DNA from: Candidatus Moraniibacteriota bacterium
GTDB lineage: Bacteria > Patescibacteriota > Minisyncoccia > Moranbacterales > UBA1568
NCBI GenBank assembly: GCA_013334575.1
Contig: JAAXXG010000004.1
Location: 18,464-82,463 of the forward strand
Reading direction: 5' to 3'
Length of the DNA stretch: 64,000 nt
The notes under the pieces are model-generated. The model ran no database searches, was not told the DNA's origin, and saw only the letters and a list, made by a program, of their open reading frames with translations. Shown here piece after piece: positions 28,437 through 38,363 of this stretch (position 1 is its first letter; each line of letters begins with the position of its first letter). The position numbers and the translations under genes are program-made.

Positions 28437-29597
28437 ATGCGTCGGATCTTTTTCTTCTGTTATCAGGTATTCCTCCACATCTTCGCCGCCGCGGGACTTG
28501 TTCTTGTGGGTGGCTTTTTTGCGGTGCGATTCCATCTGACGGACGTGAAGGGCGGAGTCGATCCGAGAAACGGGGAATACCAGCCGATCGTTCTTGGAAC
28601 CGAGACGGATCAGACGGTCGTCTCGTCCGGTTCGTCGGATTCGTTCGCGCAGCTCGATCGACGCCTTGCCGAATTGTCCCGGAAGCGCTCGCTTCGGGCA
28701 CGGAATCTCTGTGGTATAGGCATTCTCGGCGGCTATGCTCCGGCGAGCGCACGCTCCGTCCTCGGGGCGCTCGATATGACCGATTCGGATCAGGTTACCG
28801 CAAAGATGCTTCTTGCCGCGAAAATCCGCCTCGAGGAGTCCGGACATCCGGACCCGTTCGGGTCGTGCGACGACGGATCCGCGAACGTGTCCGATGAGTC
28901 CGTACTCCGTTCCTTGTATGGGAACGCTTCCGGGGCGAGCCTGTTTCCGTGGATGAACGACAAGGAATGGTCGACCATCCGTTCCGCCATCGTGAAGGAC
29001 CGTGAAGCGATCGATCGGGCCGCCGTCACAGCGGGCGTCGAGCCGCGCCTTCTTGTCTCCTGTGCCATCGTCGAGCAGTTGCGGCTGTTCCATTCGCAAC
29101 GGGAGCTTTTCGAGAAGGTCTTCGAGCCGCTCAAGATCCTCGGGAACGCGAATAAGATCTCACTCGGCGTGATGGGTATCAAGGATGCCGCGGCCGCGGA
29201 GACGGAGGCTCATCTTTCCGATCCGTCGTCGCCGTATTATCTCGGTCCGGAATATCGGAACCTGCTCGACTATCCCGCCGGGGCGGACGTTTCCTCGGCG
29301 CGGTATGCGCGGCTCACGGAGGATGGCGATCATTACTATTCTTACCTGTACGGCGCCCTGTATCTTCGGCAAATGCTCGAGCAATGGAAGAAAGCCGGAT
29401 ACGATATCGTCTATCGGCCGGAAATCGCCGTGACACTCTTCAATGTCGGGTTTCCGCAGTCGAAGCCGAACGCCGATCCGAAGGTGGGTGGGAGCTCGAT
29501 CTCGGTCGGTGACGCTTCGTACAGCTTCGGGTCGCTCGGCTACGAGTTCTACTACTCCGGAGAGCTTCTGGACGCGTTCCCGTACGTCGTGAACTAG
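28437..29597 (+). CDS. Hypothetical exported protein, possible lysozyme-like/SLT fold in the C-terminal half
   Basis: N-terminal TM; AIDRAA...GVEPRLL...AIVEQ, SLGVMGIK, GALYL, TLFNVG. Confidence 0.6.
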   Translation: MRRIFFFCYQVFLHIFAAAGLVLVGGFFAVRFHLTDVKGGVDPRNGEYQPIVLGTETDQTVVSSGSSDSFAQLDRRLAELSRKRSLRARNLCGIGILGGYAPASARSVLGALDMTDSDQVTAKMLLAAKIRLEESGHPDPFGSCDDGSANVSDESVLRSLYGNASGASLFPWMNDKEWSTIRSAIVKDREAIDRAAVTAGVEPRLLVSCAIVEQLRLFHSQRELFEKVFEPLKILGNANKISLGVMGIKDAAAAETEAHLSDPSSPYYLGPEYRNLLDYPAGADVSSARYARLTEDGDHYYSYLYGALYLRQMLEQWKKAGYDIVYRPEIAVTLFNVGFPQSKPNADPKVGGSSISVGDASYSFGSLGYEFYYSGELLDAFPYVVN

Positions 29598-29613
29598 CCG
29601 TATCCGCCCGAAC

Positions 29614-29652
29614 GGAAGACGAGGCCCGTTCGCGGGCCTCGTCTTCCTTTTT
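29614..29652. terminator. Terminator hairpin between convergent genes
   Basis: GGAAGACGAGGCCCG-TTCG-CGGGCCTCGTCTTCC followed by T5. Confidence 0.85.
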
Positions 29653-29662
29653 CGTTCCGATA

Positions 29663-31408
29663 CTATGTGAGCGGGTCGGTTTCCTTCGCGAGCCGGGCGA
29701 CGAGGTCCGTGATTGTCAGTTCGCCGACTTTGCCATGATCGCGGCTCTCGAGCGTGACGGAGCCGTTCTCAGCCTCGCGCTTTCCGATTACCGCGAGGTA
29801 GGGAACCTTCGCGACCTTGCCGCTGCGGATCTTCTTGCCGAGGGATTCGTCGGAGAGATCGAGTTCGGCGCGGATGCCGACGGCGCGGAGTTCGGAAAGG
29901 ACATTCTTCGCCGACGCCGCTTCCGATTCCCCGATCGGAAGGATGCGGACCTGTTCCGGCGCGAGCCAGAAGGGGAACGCGCCGGCATAGTGCTCGATCA
30001 TGATGCCCATGAACCGCTCGAGCGATCCGGAAATGGCACGGTGGATGACGACCGGGCGCTCGGCTTCCCCTTGTTCGTTCGTGAAGGAAAGATCGAACCG
30101 TTCGGGCAGGTTGAAGTCGCACTGGATGGTCGCGAGTTGCCACTCCCGCCCGATGGCGTCTTTGAACATGAAGTCGAGTTTCGGCCCGTAGAATGCGGCT
30201 TCGCCTTCAACCCGTCGGTAGTTGAGGCCGTTCTCCATCGCCGCTCGTTCGAGCGCCGTCTCGGCGGCTTCCCATGCCTCGTCGGTACCGAGGTATTTCT
30301 CCTTTTCTCCATCGCGGACGGAGAGCGAGACCCAGTAGCCGTCCATCATGCCGAAGACCGTGTAGAAGGTCCGGATGATGCCGACGATCGTCGAGACCTC
30401 TTCCGCGATCTGTGAGACGCGGCAGAAGAGGTGACCGTCGTCCTGCGTGATGGCGCGGACGCGCGTAAGACCGCCGAGCTGACCGGATTTTTCATCGCGG
30501 TAGACGGTCGCCGGTTCGAAGTAACGCACCGGCATGTCCCGGTACGAGAACCGGTTGTCTGCGAAGATCTGCATGTGATGCGGGCAGTTCATCGGCTTCA
30601 TGATGAACTTCTCCTCCTTGCCGGAGACGCGGAAGAGCTCGTCGCCGAACTTGGATGCGTGTCCGGACGTTTCGTAGAGCGCCTCCTTGGCGATGTGCGG
30701 GGTCCAGACGCGGGAGTATCCGCGGTCCCGGTGCAGTCGCCAGAGGAGTGATTCGATCTCCTGTCGGATGATCATGCCCTTGGGCTGCATAAGGGGGAGT
30801 CCGGCGCCGACGAGCGGCGAGACGGTGAAAAGGCCGAGTTCCTTTCCGAGCTTGCGGTGGTCGCGTTTTTTCGCCTCTTCGAGCATGGCGAGATGGGTGT
30901 CGAGTTCAGTCTTCGAGAGGAAGGCATAGCCAGAGATGCGTACGAGCATCGGGTTCTTCTCGTCTCCGCGCCAGTAGGCGCCGGCAAGCCCCTTCATCGC
31001 GAAGGATTCCGGGTCGATATCGCCGGTCGTTCCGGCATGCGGTCCCGCGCACAGATCGACGAAATTCCCGGTCCGATAGACCGTGATTTCCTCGCCTCTC
31101 GCTTCCGCCTCGCTGACGATCTCGAGCTTGAAGGGGTTGTCCGCGAAGAGATGCCGCGCCTCATCCGCCGTGACGACGCTCCGTTCGAAGGGGGCGTTTT
31201 CGCGTATGATCGCGCGCATGCCGGCGACGATCCCGTCGAAGTCCTCCGGCGAGAAGGTGATTCCGTCGGAGAGGAGGACGTCGTAGAAGAATCCGTCGTC
31301 GGTCGCGGGACCGGTGCCGAGCTTCGCGTTCGGGTCGCGCTTCAGGATCGCCATCGCGAGGATGTGCGCGAGCGAATGGCGGACGGTTGCGATTTCGAGG
31401 TGTTTCAT
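29663..31408 (-). CDS. thrS: Threonine--tRNA ligase (lacking N-terminal TGS domain)
   Basis: RHSLAHILA, DLCAGPH, GAYWRGD, RDHRKLGKEL, KPMNCP.H, AFYGPK.D, HRAISGSLERF. Confidence 0.98.
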   Translation of the reverse strand: MKHLEIATVRHSLAHILAMAILKRDPNAKLGTGPATDDGFFYDVLLSDGITFSPEDFDGIVAGMRAIIRENAPFERSVVTADEARHLFADNPFKLEIVSEAEARGEEITVYRTGNFVDLCAGPHAGTTGDIDPESFAMKGLAGAYWRGDEKNPMLVRISGYAFLSKTELDTHLAMLEEAKKRDHRKLGKELGLFTVSPLVGAGLPLMQPKGMIIRQEIESLLWRLHRDRGYSRVWTPHIAKEALYETSGHASKFGDELFRVSGKEEKFIMKPMNCPHHMQIFADNRFSYRDMPVRYFEPATVYRDEKSGQLGGLTRVRAITQDDGHLFCRVSQIAEEVSTIVGIIRTFYTVFGMMDGYWVSLSVRDGEKEKYLGTDEAWEAAETALERAAMENGLNYRRVEGEAAFYGPKLDFMFKDAIGREWQLATIQCDFNLPERFDLSFTNEQGEAERPVVIHRAISGSLERFMGIMIEHYAGAFPFWLAPEQVRILPIGESEAASAKNVLSELRAVGIRAELDLSDESLGKKIRSGKVAKVPYLAVIGKREAENGSVTLESRDHGKVGELTITDLVARLAKETDPLT

Positions 31409-31652
31409 AGCTCTTCTTCCGTTATGACCCGTATCCCGTTCTTTCTGAACAGTTCTCCGGTTATCCCGTCCCGACCGGTAAGCGTTCCGGAGAACGTGCC
31501 ATCGTACGTCTTTCCGAATCCGCAGGAAGGGGAATTCGCCTTGAGAATCGCTTCACCCTTCCGTATCAGTTCCACGATATCCGCGCAGGGTTTCGATGTC
31601 CCGTCCCAACGAGACATCCTATTCCGGCGAGGCATGCGCTGACGATCTTCAT
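31405..31652 (-). pseudogene. DUF523 (TudS-like) pseudogene with a frameshift and an internal deletion
   Basis: MKIVSACLAGIGC is in one frame and RWDGTSKPC...AILKANSPSCG...DGTFSG in another; the central CPE motif is absent. Confidence 0.8.
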
Positions 31653-31781
31653 AGGGGTGGAATCGCATGATATCTCGAGCGTAGCATCCATCGGGAGAAG
31701 TATCAACCGTCGGCCGGAAAAACGATACCGGCCCATCGGACGGACCGATAGGCCGGAAATCGGTTCCGTCGATACCCTTTT

Positions 31782-33197
31782 CTATCGTTTTTCATCGGTG
31801 GTCCGGAAGGAGAGGCGAAGGTCCTTTCGGAGATCCGCGGTCTGCACGTACTCCTTGTCCTTGGCCTTTACGGTGACCTTGACCGGGATCGTGCCCGTTC
31901 CGGACTGCTTCTGGATGAGGAGTTCGTAATTCTCCGCCGTGACCGTCGAGGGGAGGGTATAACTGATGGAGGTCGGCAGCGTCTGGCCGATCAGGCAGTC
32001 CACCTTGTATCCGAAGACCGATTTGTTCCAGTCGGCGGAATCGGCCGACGAGACGCCGCCCGTCTTCTGTCGGCTGTTCTCGACGTAGACGGATCCCTTC
32101 GGCGCGATGACGCGCGCATAGGAGTGATAGTCGCTGGTCCGCCAGTCTCCGTGCGTCGCGGTGTGGTCGTACGTGTAGGTCACCGTCGCGGTCGGTTTTT
32201 CCACGGTAAAGTCTACGACATAGTCGAGTGACCGTTTCACATAGTAGTCGCTTTTGAGCGCTCCTACATTGGCATCGACCACCATGAGATAGTCCTTGGT
32301 CCAGTCCTTTTCCACTTCGCCGTCCCAGTGAACCGCCTCGACCTGCTTCTGAAGGGCCTCATCCTTGAAATACAGCTGTACGTTCTTGTTACGGAGCTCC
32401 TCGAGGCCGAGGTCGGTAAGCTTCTTCAGGTCGCCGATGCCGGATACGTGCGAAACGATCTCGGCGGCAAGCTTCTTCATGACGTTCTTGCGGGCCTGCT
32501 TGAGTTCAGCCGGGACGTCGTCGCCGAGGTAGGCCTTCTCGACATCCTCTTCCAGGTCTATGGCACCGCCGTCTTTCGAGTAGGTGCCGAACCCCGGTAT
32601 GGTGATGGGTCCGGTTACGCCGAGCACGTCGTTCAGGACGTCGGCGTTCACCGCGATGGCACCCTCGAATTTCTCGTATCCGCCGCCGAGACGGTAGAAG
32701 TACTCGGCCTTGGCGACGTTTTCGGGGAAGCTCGGGCTCCAGTTGGAATCGCGGAACTTCCATTTCTTGATCTGCATGTATCGCGTAAGGGGATACGGCG
32801 GGGTGATCTTGGCCGTGATGCGCTGGTCGAGCAGGTTGGCATCCTCGACCGAGAACGAGACGATCTTCCCGTCCTTCACCTTGAGCACGCCGTACTGACC
32901 GAGAAATCCGCCGCCCGGTCGGAGCTCGTAGTTGTTCTGGAGCATCACGAGGAGCGTGTGGGTAACACCGTCCTGCTTCGTGAAGGTCGAGACGAGAGAG
33001 TCCACGGTCGCGATCTCCTGTTTGGTATCCGCCTCGATCGGCAGGAGTTTGGTCACTTTCGTGAGGAGGGAGAGTCCTCCGACCGCGAATTCCTGCTTGT
33101 GGCTCTTCGCATACGAGTAGAGGAACCAGCCCCCGACGATCAATACGAGAACGACGAGGATCGCGATGACGCGTCCCTTGGTGAGAAATCGGTTCAT
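31782..33197 (-). CDS. DUF4012-domain protein
   Basis: N-terminal TM; QNNYELRPGGGFLG, FRDSNWSPSFP, VVDANVGALKSD, QKQSG. Confidence 0.88.
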   Translation of the reverse strand: MNRFLTKGRVIAILVVLVLIVGGWFLYSYAKSHKQEFAVGGLSLLTKVTKLLPIEADTKQEIATVDSLVSTFTKQDGVTHTLLVMLQNNYELRPGGGFLGQYGVLKVKDGKIVSFSVEDANLLDQRITAKITPPYPLTRYMQIKKWKFRDSNWSPSFPENVAKAEYFYRLGGGYEKFEGAIAVNADVLNDVLGVTGPITIPGFGTYSKDGGAIDLEEDVEKAYLGDDVPAELKQARKNVMKKLAAEIVSHVSGIGDLKKLTDLGLEELRNKNVQLYFKDEALQKQVEAVHWDGEVEKDWTKDYLMVVDANVGALKSDYYVKRSLDYVVDFTVEKPTATVTYTYDHTATHGDWRTSDYHSYARVIAPKGSVYVENSRQKTGGVSSADSADWNKSVFGYKVDCLIGQTLPTSISYTLPSTVTAENYELLIQKQSGTGTIPVKVTVKAKDKEYVQTADLRKDLRLSFRTTDEKR

Positions 33198-33354
33198 GAC
33201 GTTTCGGCAGTATGTTACCGGGTCATTCTATCACGGCGGGCCGTCCGTCGGAAGCGGGCCGGCGTCTCCTTGGCCGGAGAAGAGGCTCCCTTTACAGTAC
33301 GTTCTCGCGTGCTACAATATTTCCGAACTGCCGGAACGCGTGGTTCCGGGCAAG

Positions 33355-33425
33355 GCGGGTATAGTACAATGGTAGTACACTAGCTTCCCAAGCTAGGGAC
33401 ACGGGTTCGATTCCCGTTACCCGCT
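33355..33425 (+). tRNA. tRNA-Gly(CCC)
   Basis: GCGGGTA/TACCCGC; CTAGC-TTCCCAA-GCTAG; GGTTCGATTCC. Confidence 0.96.
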
Positions 33426-33452
33426 CAGAAAAAATGTTCACTCGTACGTCTT

Positions 33453-33791
33453 ATGGAACAGTGTAAGGACAAGATTCTCCTGGTCGTTCGAGGGGTATCG
33501 TCCGATGATGACTGTCGGATGTGGGAGGATATCCTCGGGTATGTGCCGGACGAGGCGTGTGCCGATATCCTTCGGTTTCTTGAAGAGGATCCGAAGAATA
33601 TCGCGTCGCTTTCCGCGCGCCTGCGTCGGAAGATCATGGCGGTCGTGAATCTTGACGAGGAGGCATGGGACGCCGCTCTTAAGGAGGATGTCGAATATCT
33701 TCGTTCGATGATTCCTTCGGATCTTCTGGACGAGGCGGATCGCCGTCTGTCAGAGACGGGGGAAGTCGTCAGTCAGGCGCCCGAAGCGTAA
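33453..33791 (+). CDS. Hypothetical protein
   Basis: 112-aa acidic, probably helical ORF with ATG start. Confidence 0.6.
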   Translation: MEQCKDKILLVVRGVSSDDDCRMWEDILGYVPDEACADILRFLEEDPKNIASLSARLRRKIMAVVNLDEEAWDAALKEDVEYLRSMIPSDLLDEADRRLSETGEVVSQAPEA

Positions 33792-33827
33792 CACGGACGG
33801 CGATTTAAACCGCAGCAAGTCTTCATT

Positions 33828-34316
33828 ATGGGAATGGAATCGCATACGTCGGCAGGTGCAGAATCGGAGGCGAAGAATCGAGAATCGGATCGCGAAAGCG
33901 AGCTGTCGCATGAACCGGAGAAGTTCCGCACAGTTTTGCTGGTAACGGCTCCTTTGGCTGCTGCGACACTCCAGTACGTGAGCGCGCTTTTTGAGCAGCG
34001 GAAGCAGAAGGGGACTGTTGATTATAAGGAGGCTCTCATGAATCCGGAAGTGCTTACTCGCATGAAGGATTCCGGCCTCAAGACCTATGATGCAATGGGT
34101 GCCTTGGAAGGGGTTGTCGAGGAGCAACGGTTCGATCGATTTGAGACAGGGATGCGGGAAAGGATCGACGCGGCCGGTTCCGAAGAGGAGAAAGAGAGGC
34201 TTCTGAACGAGCTGAAACAGCTGAAAACCCGTAGAGATAAGGAGCAGGATGATGCGAAAAAGAGAAAAGAAGCAACAGGAAATCTTTTGAGAGCGCTGTT
34301 CGGAGTTCAGAAATAG
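33828..34316 (+). CDS. Hypothetical protein (charged, coiled-coil C-terminus)
   Basis: 162-aa ORF followed by hairpin GCCCGCGGA..TCCGCGGGC and a T-tract. Confidence 0.6.
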   Translation: MGMESHTSAGAESEAKNRESDRESELSHEPEKFRTVLLVTAPLAAATLQYVSALFEQRKQKGTVDYKEALMNPEVLTRMKDSGLKTYDAMGALEGVVEEQRFDRFETGMRERIDAAGSEEEKERLLNELKQLKTRRDKEQDDAKKRKEATGNLLRALFGVQK

Positions 34317-34424
34317 GCGACATCATTTCTCTTGCCCGCGGATCGACTCCGCGGGCTTTTCGTATCCGCAGAATTGCATGTTATGGCTTTATTAAGAGAT
34401 TTTTCGTTCTTTTTTAGAATGATA

Positions 34425-34453
34425 TTGACATATTTTAAATTTTGATATATAAT
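34425..34453 (+). promoter_or_regulatory. Consensus sigma70 promoter in an AT-rich spacer
   Basis: TTGACA-17-TATAAT. Confidence 0.8.
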
Positions 34454-34497
34454 ATAAAAACAAATAAAGACAACGAAAACTTAGACACTTAAAAAAG

Positions 34498-34809
34498 ATG
34501 ATCATAAAAGACATTAACGATGGAGCGACCGCCTTTTGGTCTTTCCTGAAGAAGCTTTTCGTGGCCGTTCTGTTGGCTGAGTTTGTGGTGGTGTGTCTGG
34601 CCGCCGCAATAAAATCAGGCAAGATCGCTTTCGTGGCGTACGTTGCGTATGCCGTGATAGAGGGGATTGATCCCTTCTTGCCAGTTTCTTCATTCCCGCT
34701 AGTAGGAGGTTTCTTCCTCTTGGCGGGGGTGGCGTGCCTTATCGTCGCCATCCTGGCGGTCGTGAAGGCAGTCAAAATTATTTTCGGGAGAGACTCGACA
34801 GGAGATTAA
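34498..34809 (+). CDS. Small hypothetical membrane protein
   Basis: 103 aa, 2-3 TM segments, own promoter. Confidence 0.6.
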   Translation: MIIKDINDGATAFWSFLKKLFVAVLLAEFVVVCLAAAIKSGKIAFVAYVAYAVIEGIDPFLPVSSFPLVGGFFLLAGVACLIVAILAVVKAVKIIFGRDSTGD

Positions 34810-35027
34810 GTCTCTTCAAAAAAATTGGAGTCACCTTCGTGCTTGTGTGCGAAGGTGATTTTTTTGGTGCGCGAGCCTTACTCCGGATTGACCGAAGTTT
34901 CCTTATCGAATAAGTGATGTATCCTGGTCGTGAATGGTTATGGACCGTCGAGGATAAAAACTCTTGACGGAATCTTCCGGGAACGATAGAACGGGGACAT
35001 ATCATGAACCCTTAAAACAGATCGGCT

Positions 35028-35470
35028 ATGTACTTTTATCAGAAACCGGAAGGATTCGATCCGAAGTTCGAGATCGTCGCTTGCTGGCTCATGCGATCCG
35101 ATGGTCGCCTCGCTCTCCTTCTCGGCAACCATGGAAACCCGAGGGGAATACGTGGGGTGTGCCTGCCGGGAAGGTCGAAGAAGGGGAGGTGCCGATTGTC
35201 GCCATGATGCGTGAGCTTTCCGAAGAGGCGGGATTCGTCGCGCTTTCCAGGGATGCTATCGGTTTCGAACGCACGCTGTATGTGCGATATCCGGACTACG
35301 AGTTCGTCTATCACATGTTCCGTACCGATGCCCCGGACGGATTTGAGACGGTGATCAATCCGGAAGAGCATCAGGGCTTCCGTTGGGTCACGCCGGAAGA
35401 AGCGCTCACGATGCCACTCATTCCGGAACTTGATTCCTGCATCAGGATTTCCTTTCTCGGAGGCGAATAA
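35028..35470 (+). pseudogene. NUDIX hydrolase with a single-base frameshift near 35123
   Basis: ATG 35028 gives MYFYQKPEGFDPKFEIVACWLMRSDGRLALLL; the Nudix box (GKVEEGE..IVAMMRELSEEAG) is in another frame. Confidence 0.75.
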
Positions 35471-35675
35471 TCCGAAAGCGGTACGTACATCCGTGCCGCT
35501 TTCAACGTTTTGACGCGCCCTTACGTCGTTCCGGCCCGCCTCTTGTCGTTGATGGCAGTCGGCACTTTACGGCGGTCCGAAAAGGTGCTATACTGTAACT
35601 GTCGTGAAAGACGGGTGTGCCGCGAGTGCGCCCGTCTTTTCCGTTGTCGGGGTAAAAAGTAACAGGAATATCGGT

Positions 35676-36776
35676 ATGATTCAGGCGAGTATTTTCCCGG
35701 GACGGTATGTCCAGGGCGCTGGGGCCCTGTCGAGGCTCGGCAAGGAGTCGGCCCGGTTCGGTAAGAAGGCGTTCGCGATCTGTGATCCCTACGCGTTCGA
35801 GCATATCGTGCCCGGATACGAGGCGGACATCCGCAAGGAGGTCGAGATCGCGTTCGAGAAGTTCAACGGGGAGTGCAGCGACAAGGAGATCGGTCGCGTC
35901 ACCGGGCTCGTGAAGGAGTCGGGGAGTTCCGTGGTGATCGCGATCGGCGGAGGCAAGACGATCGATACCGCCAAGGCGGTCGCCCACGCGCTGTCGCTTC
36001 CGGTCATCATCGCGCCGACCATCGCCTCGACCGACGCGCCGTGCAGTGCGCTGTCGGTCATCTATACCGACGAGGGCGCCGTCGACCGTTATCTCTTCCT
36101 GCCGGCGAACCCGAACGTCGTCCTCGTGGACACCTCGGTCATCGCCAAGGCGCCGGTGCGGTTCCTCGTGTCGGGCATGGGCGATGCGCTCTCGACCTGG
36201 CTCGAGGCCAAGTCGTGTCAGACGAAATATGCGAACAATTTCGCGGGCGAGAAGGGGAGCATGACCGCGTATGCCCTCGCCGAGCTCTGTTTCGATACCC
36301 TGCTCGAGTTCGGCGTCGCCGCGAAGGTCTCGAACGAGACGGGGACCGTCACGCCCGCCTTCGAGAAGGTCGTCGAGGCGAATACGCTCCTCTCCGGTCT
36401 CGGATTCGAGAGCGGCGGTATCGCCTCGTGCCATGCCGTACATAACGGACTCACCGTCCTCGAGCCGACGCACGCGTACTATCACGGCGAGAAGGTTTCG
36501 ATCGGTGTCGTCACTTCGCTCTTCCTGACCGACAAGCCCGCCGATTTCATCGACGACGTCTACGACTTCTGCGAGTCGGTCGGCCTTCCGACGACGCTTG
36601 CTCAGGTCGGACTCGCGGACGTGTCCGACGAGGATCTCATGAAGGTCGCGGTCCGGGCCTGTGCGGAGGGCGAGACCATCTATAACGAACTCGTGCCGGT
36701 CACGCCGGAGTCGGTCTTCAACGCCATCAAGGCGGCGGATGCCTACGGCCGGGCGCGCAAGTCGGGAGAGGTGTAA
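35676..36776 (+). CDS. gldA: Glycerol dehydrogenase
   Basis: PGRYVQG.GAL, FNGECS, GGGKTID.AK, PTIASTDAPCSALSVIY, LSGLGFESGG, HAVHNG, HGEKV. Confidence 0.95.
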   Translation: MIQASIFPGRYVQGAGALSRLGKESARFGKKAFAICDPYAFEHIVPGYEADIRKEVEIAFEKFNGECSDKEIGRVTGLVKESGSSVVIAIGGGKTIDTAKAVAHALSLPVIIAPTIASTDAPCSALSVIYTDEGAVDRYLFLPANPNVVLVDTSVIAKAPVRFLVSGMGDALSTWLEAKSCQTKYANNFAGEKGSMTAYALAELCFDTLLEFGVAAKVSNETGTVTPAFEKVVEANTLLSGLGFESGGIASCHAVHNGLTVLEPTHAYYHGEKVSIGVVTSLFLTDKPADFIDDVYDFCESVGLPTTLAQVGLADVSDEDLMKVAVRACAEGETIYNELVPVTPESVFNAIKAADAYGRARKSGEV

Positions 36777-37028
36777 TCGACCGTTTCGATTGCCGTCGAG
36801 AAACGGGGCCCGTACGGGTCCCGTTTCTGTCTGTCTTCGCGAGGAGTCTTCGGCATGGCGGGCAAGGATTCGGAATTTCTCGATTACTACCGCATGCATC
36901 CGGTATTATAGGGAGCAAGATATTCGTGATGAGGCCTTTCGTCATTGACAATGGCGGCTGCTTCCACTAGTGTCGTGGCAAGGAGTTTCAATGCGAGTCA
37001 CTTAAAACTATCTGGACCGGAGGAAACA

Positions 37029-37502
37029 ATGAGCATACGAAATAGAAGGGAAGGGAAAACGAACCTTGATTTTCTTCGCATCATCGTTGTTATCGTGGCA
37101 CTGTTCTACCTTCTCTATTTTATCTTACGGGTACAGTATTTCAATCATGAGACCGCTCAGAGACTCATGACGGAGATACCGCGGGAGCAGGTAATGAAAA
37201 AGGGCGACAGCTTCTATCGATTCGATTTTTTGGCGGTTCACACCGACGGAACACTCAAGGAAATACGACTTGTCCCACATACGACGGTCGGCAGTTCATG
37301 GCGCTTGGATTATGTCGCGACCTTGGGCTACCAAGATCCCCATTCCCTTGAGAATCGTCTGACAGCTGAGATAGACGAAAGGACCATCCCGATAAAAGGG
37401 ACAAAGTGCTTTCGTGGGACTGGAACGGTTGAGTTGCATGACGGGAAAGCTCTCTGGACGAATATCCATCTTATTCCCGGTACGACGTTTCCGATTCAAT
37501 AA
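37029..37502 (+). CDS. Hypothetical membrane-anchored protein (paralog of 38364-38858)
   Basis: One TM plus a beta-rich domain that aligns by eye with 38364-38858. Confidence 0.7.
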   Translation: MSIRNRREGKTNLDFLRIIVVIVALFYLLYFILRVQYFNHETAQRLMTEIPREQVMKKGDSFYRFDFLAVHTDGTLKEIRLVPHTTVGSSWRLDYVATLGYQDPHSLENRLTAEIDERTIPIKGTKCFRGTGTVELHDGKALWTNIHLIPGTTFPIQ

Positions 37503-37525
37503 CGATCGTTTGCGGGAACAGTGAA

Positions 37526-37600
37526 AGCGACCGGGAATATCCCAGTCGCTTTTCTCTTTTCATGGTACGAGTCAGGTTGTTCCCGTCACGAACGCGTTGA
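37526..37600 (+). repeat. 75-bp intergenic repeat with terminator-like hairpin, copy 1
   Basis: Matches 39048-39122. Confidence 0.85.
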
Positions 37601-37791
37601 GCGTCGGGAGAGGCGTAGGGTAGCTTAATATCAAAATATTAGCGAAAATGGATTCGTATGACTCCATTTTTCAAATTTGAAGCCTTGTTTTTCATCTGTA
37701 GAAGTAAGTTAATTCGGGCGGTTGACAGCGGCGTGTTCTAGTGGTAGCGTGCCTGTGCTTAACAATTTTTCAACCAAAAGACTTTGAAATC

Positions 37792-38298
37792 ATGATGCAA
37801 CACAACGGAAGTTACCCGGTTCAATGGAGCATTCGTCTTTCGGTGTACGCCCTTGCGGCCTACTCGATGTATGCTCTCGCCATGCGTGTAGAAACCCTCA
37901 CGCCGCAGTCGTTCTTTTTCCCGTATCTGATGTACACGATATTTTCGTCGTTCGGTTCCGGGACGATGGTCGAGTCCGCAGGGGATGTTATCAACACGAT
38001 GCTCCTGACAGACGTCGTCGGCTTTATGGGGATTTCTTTCCTTGTCTCGAAGCGAGAGGTGTCGCTGAGGCCGAAGTTTCTGTTTGGATCCGTCCCAGTC
38101 GTGTCTGGATTGATAGCGTTACATGTTTGGTATATCAGCCTTTCAAACGGACGCGGAGACTTTTGGCAGGATAGTTCCGGGCTTGCCGTAGAATTCATGA
38201 TGTTTGCCGTCCTCGGGCTGTTTCTTGGTGCTATCTGGTTCTTGATCAAAAACGGTCCGGATAGCCGCACGCTTGGCGTGCTCGGGCAACCGGAATAA
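37792..38298 (+). CDS. Hypothetical multi-pass membrane protein
   Basis: About five hydrophobic segments; TTGACA upstream. Confidence 0.6.
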   Translation: MMQHNGSYPVQWSIRLSVYALAAYSMYALAMRVETLTPQSFFFPYLMYTIFSSFGSGTMVESAGDVINTMLLTDVVGFMGISFLVSKREVSLRPKFLFGSVPVVSGLIALHVWYISLSNGRGDFWQDSSGLAVEFMMFAVLGLFLGAIWFLIKNGPDSRTLGVLGQPE

Positions 38299-38363
38299 TG
38301 CCGTACGATTACTGAATGGTCTGATCCCGCGAGCCGAAGAAGGTCGCGGGATTAATATCTTAA

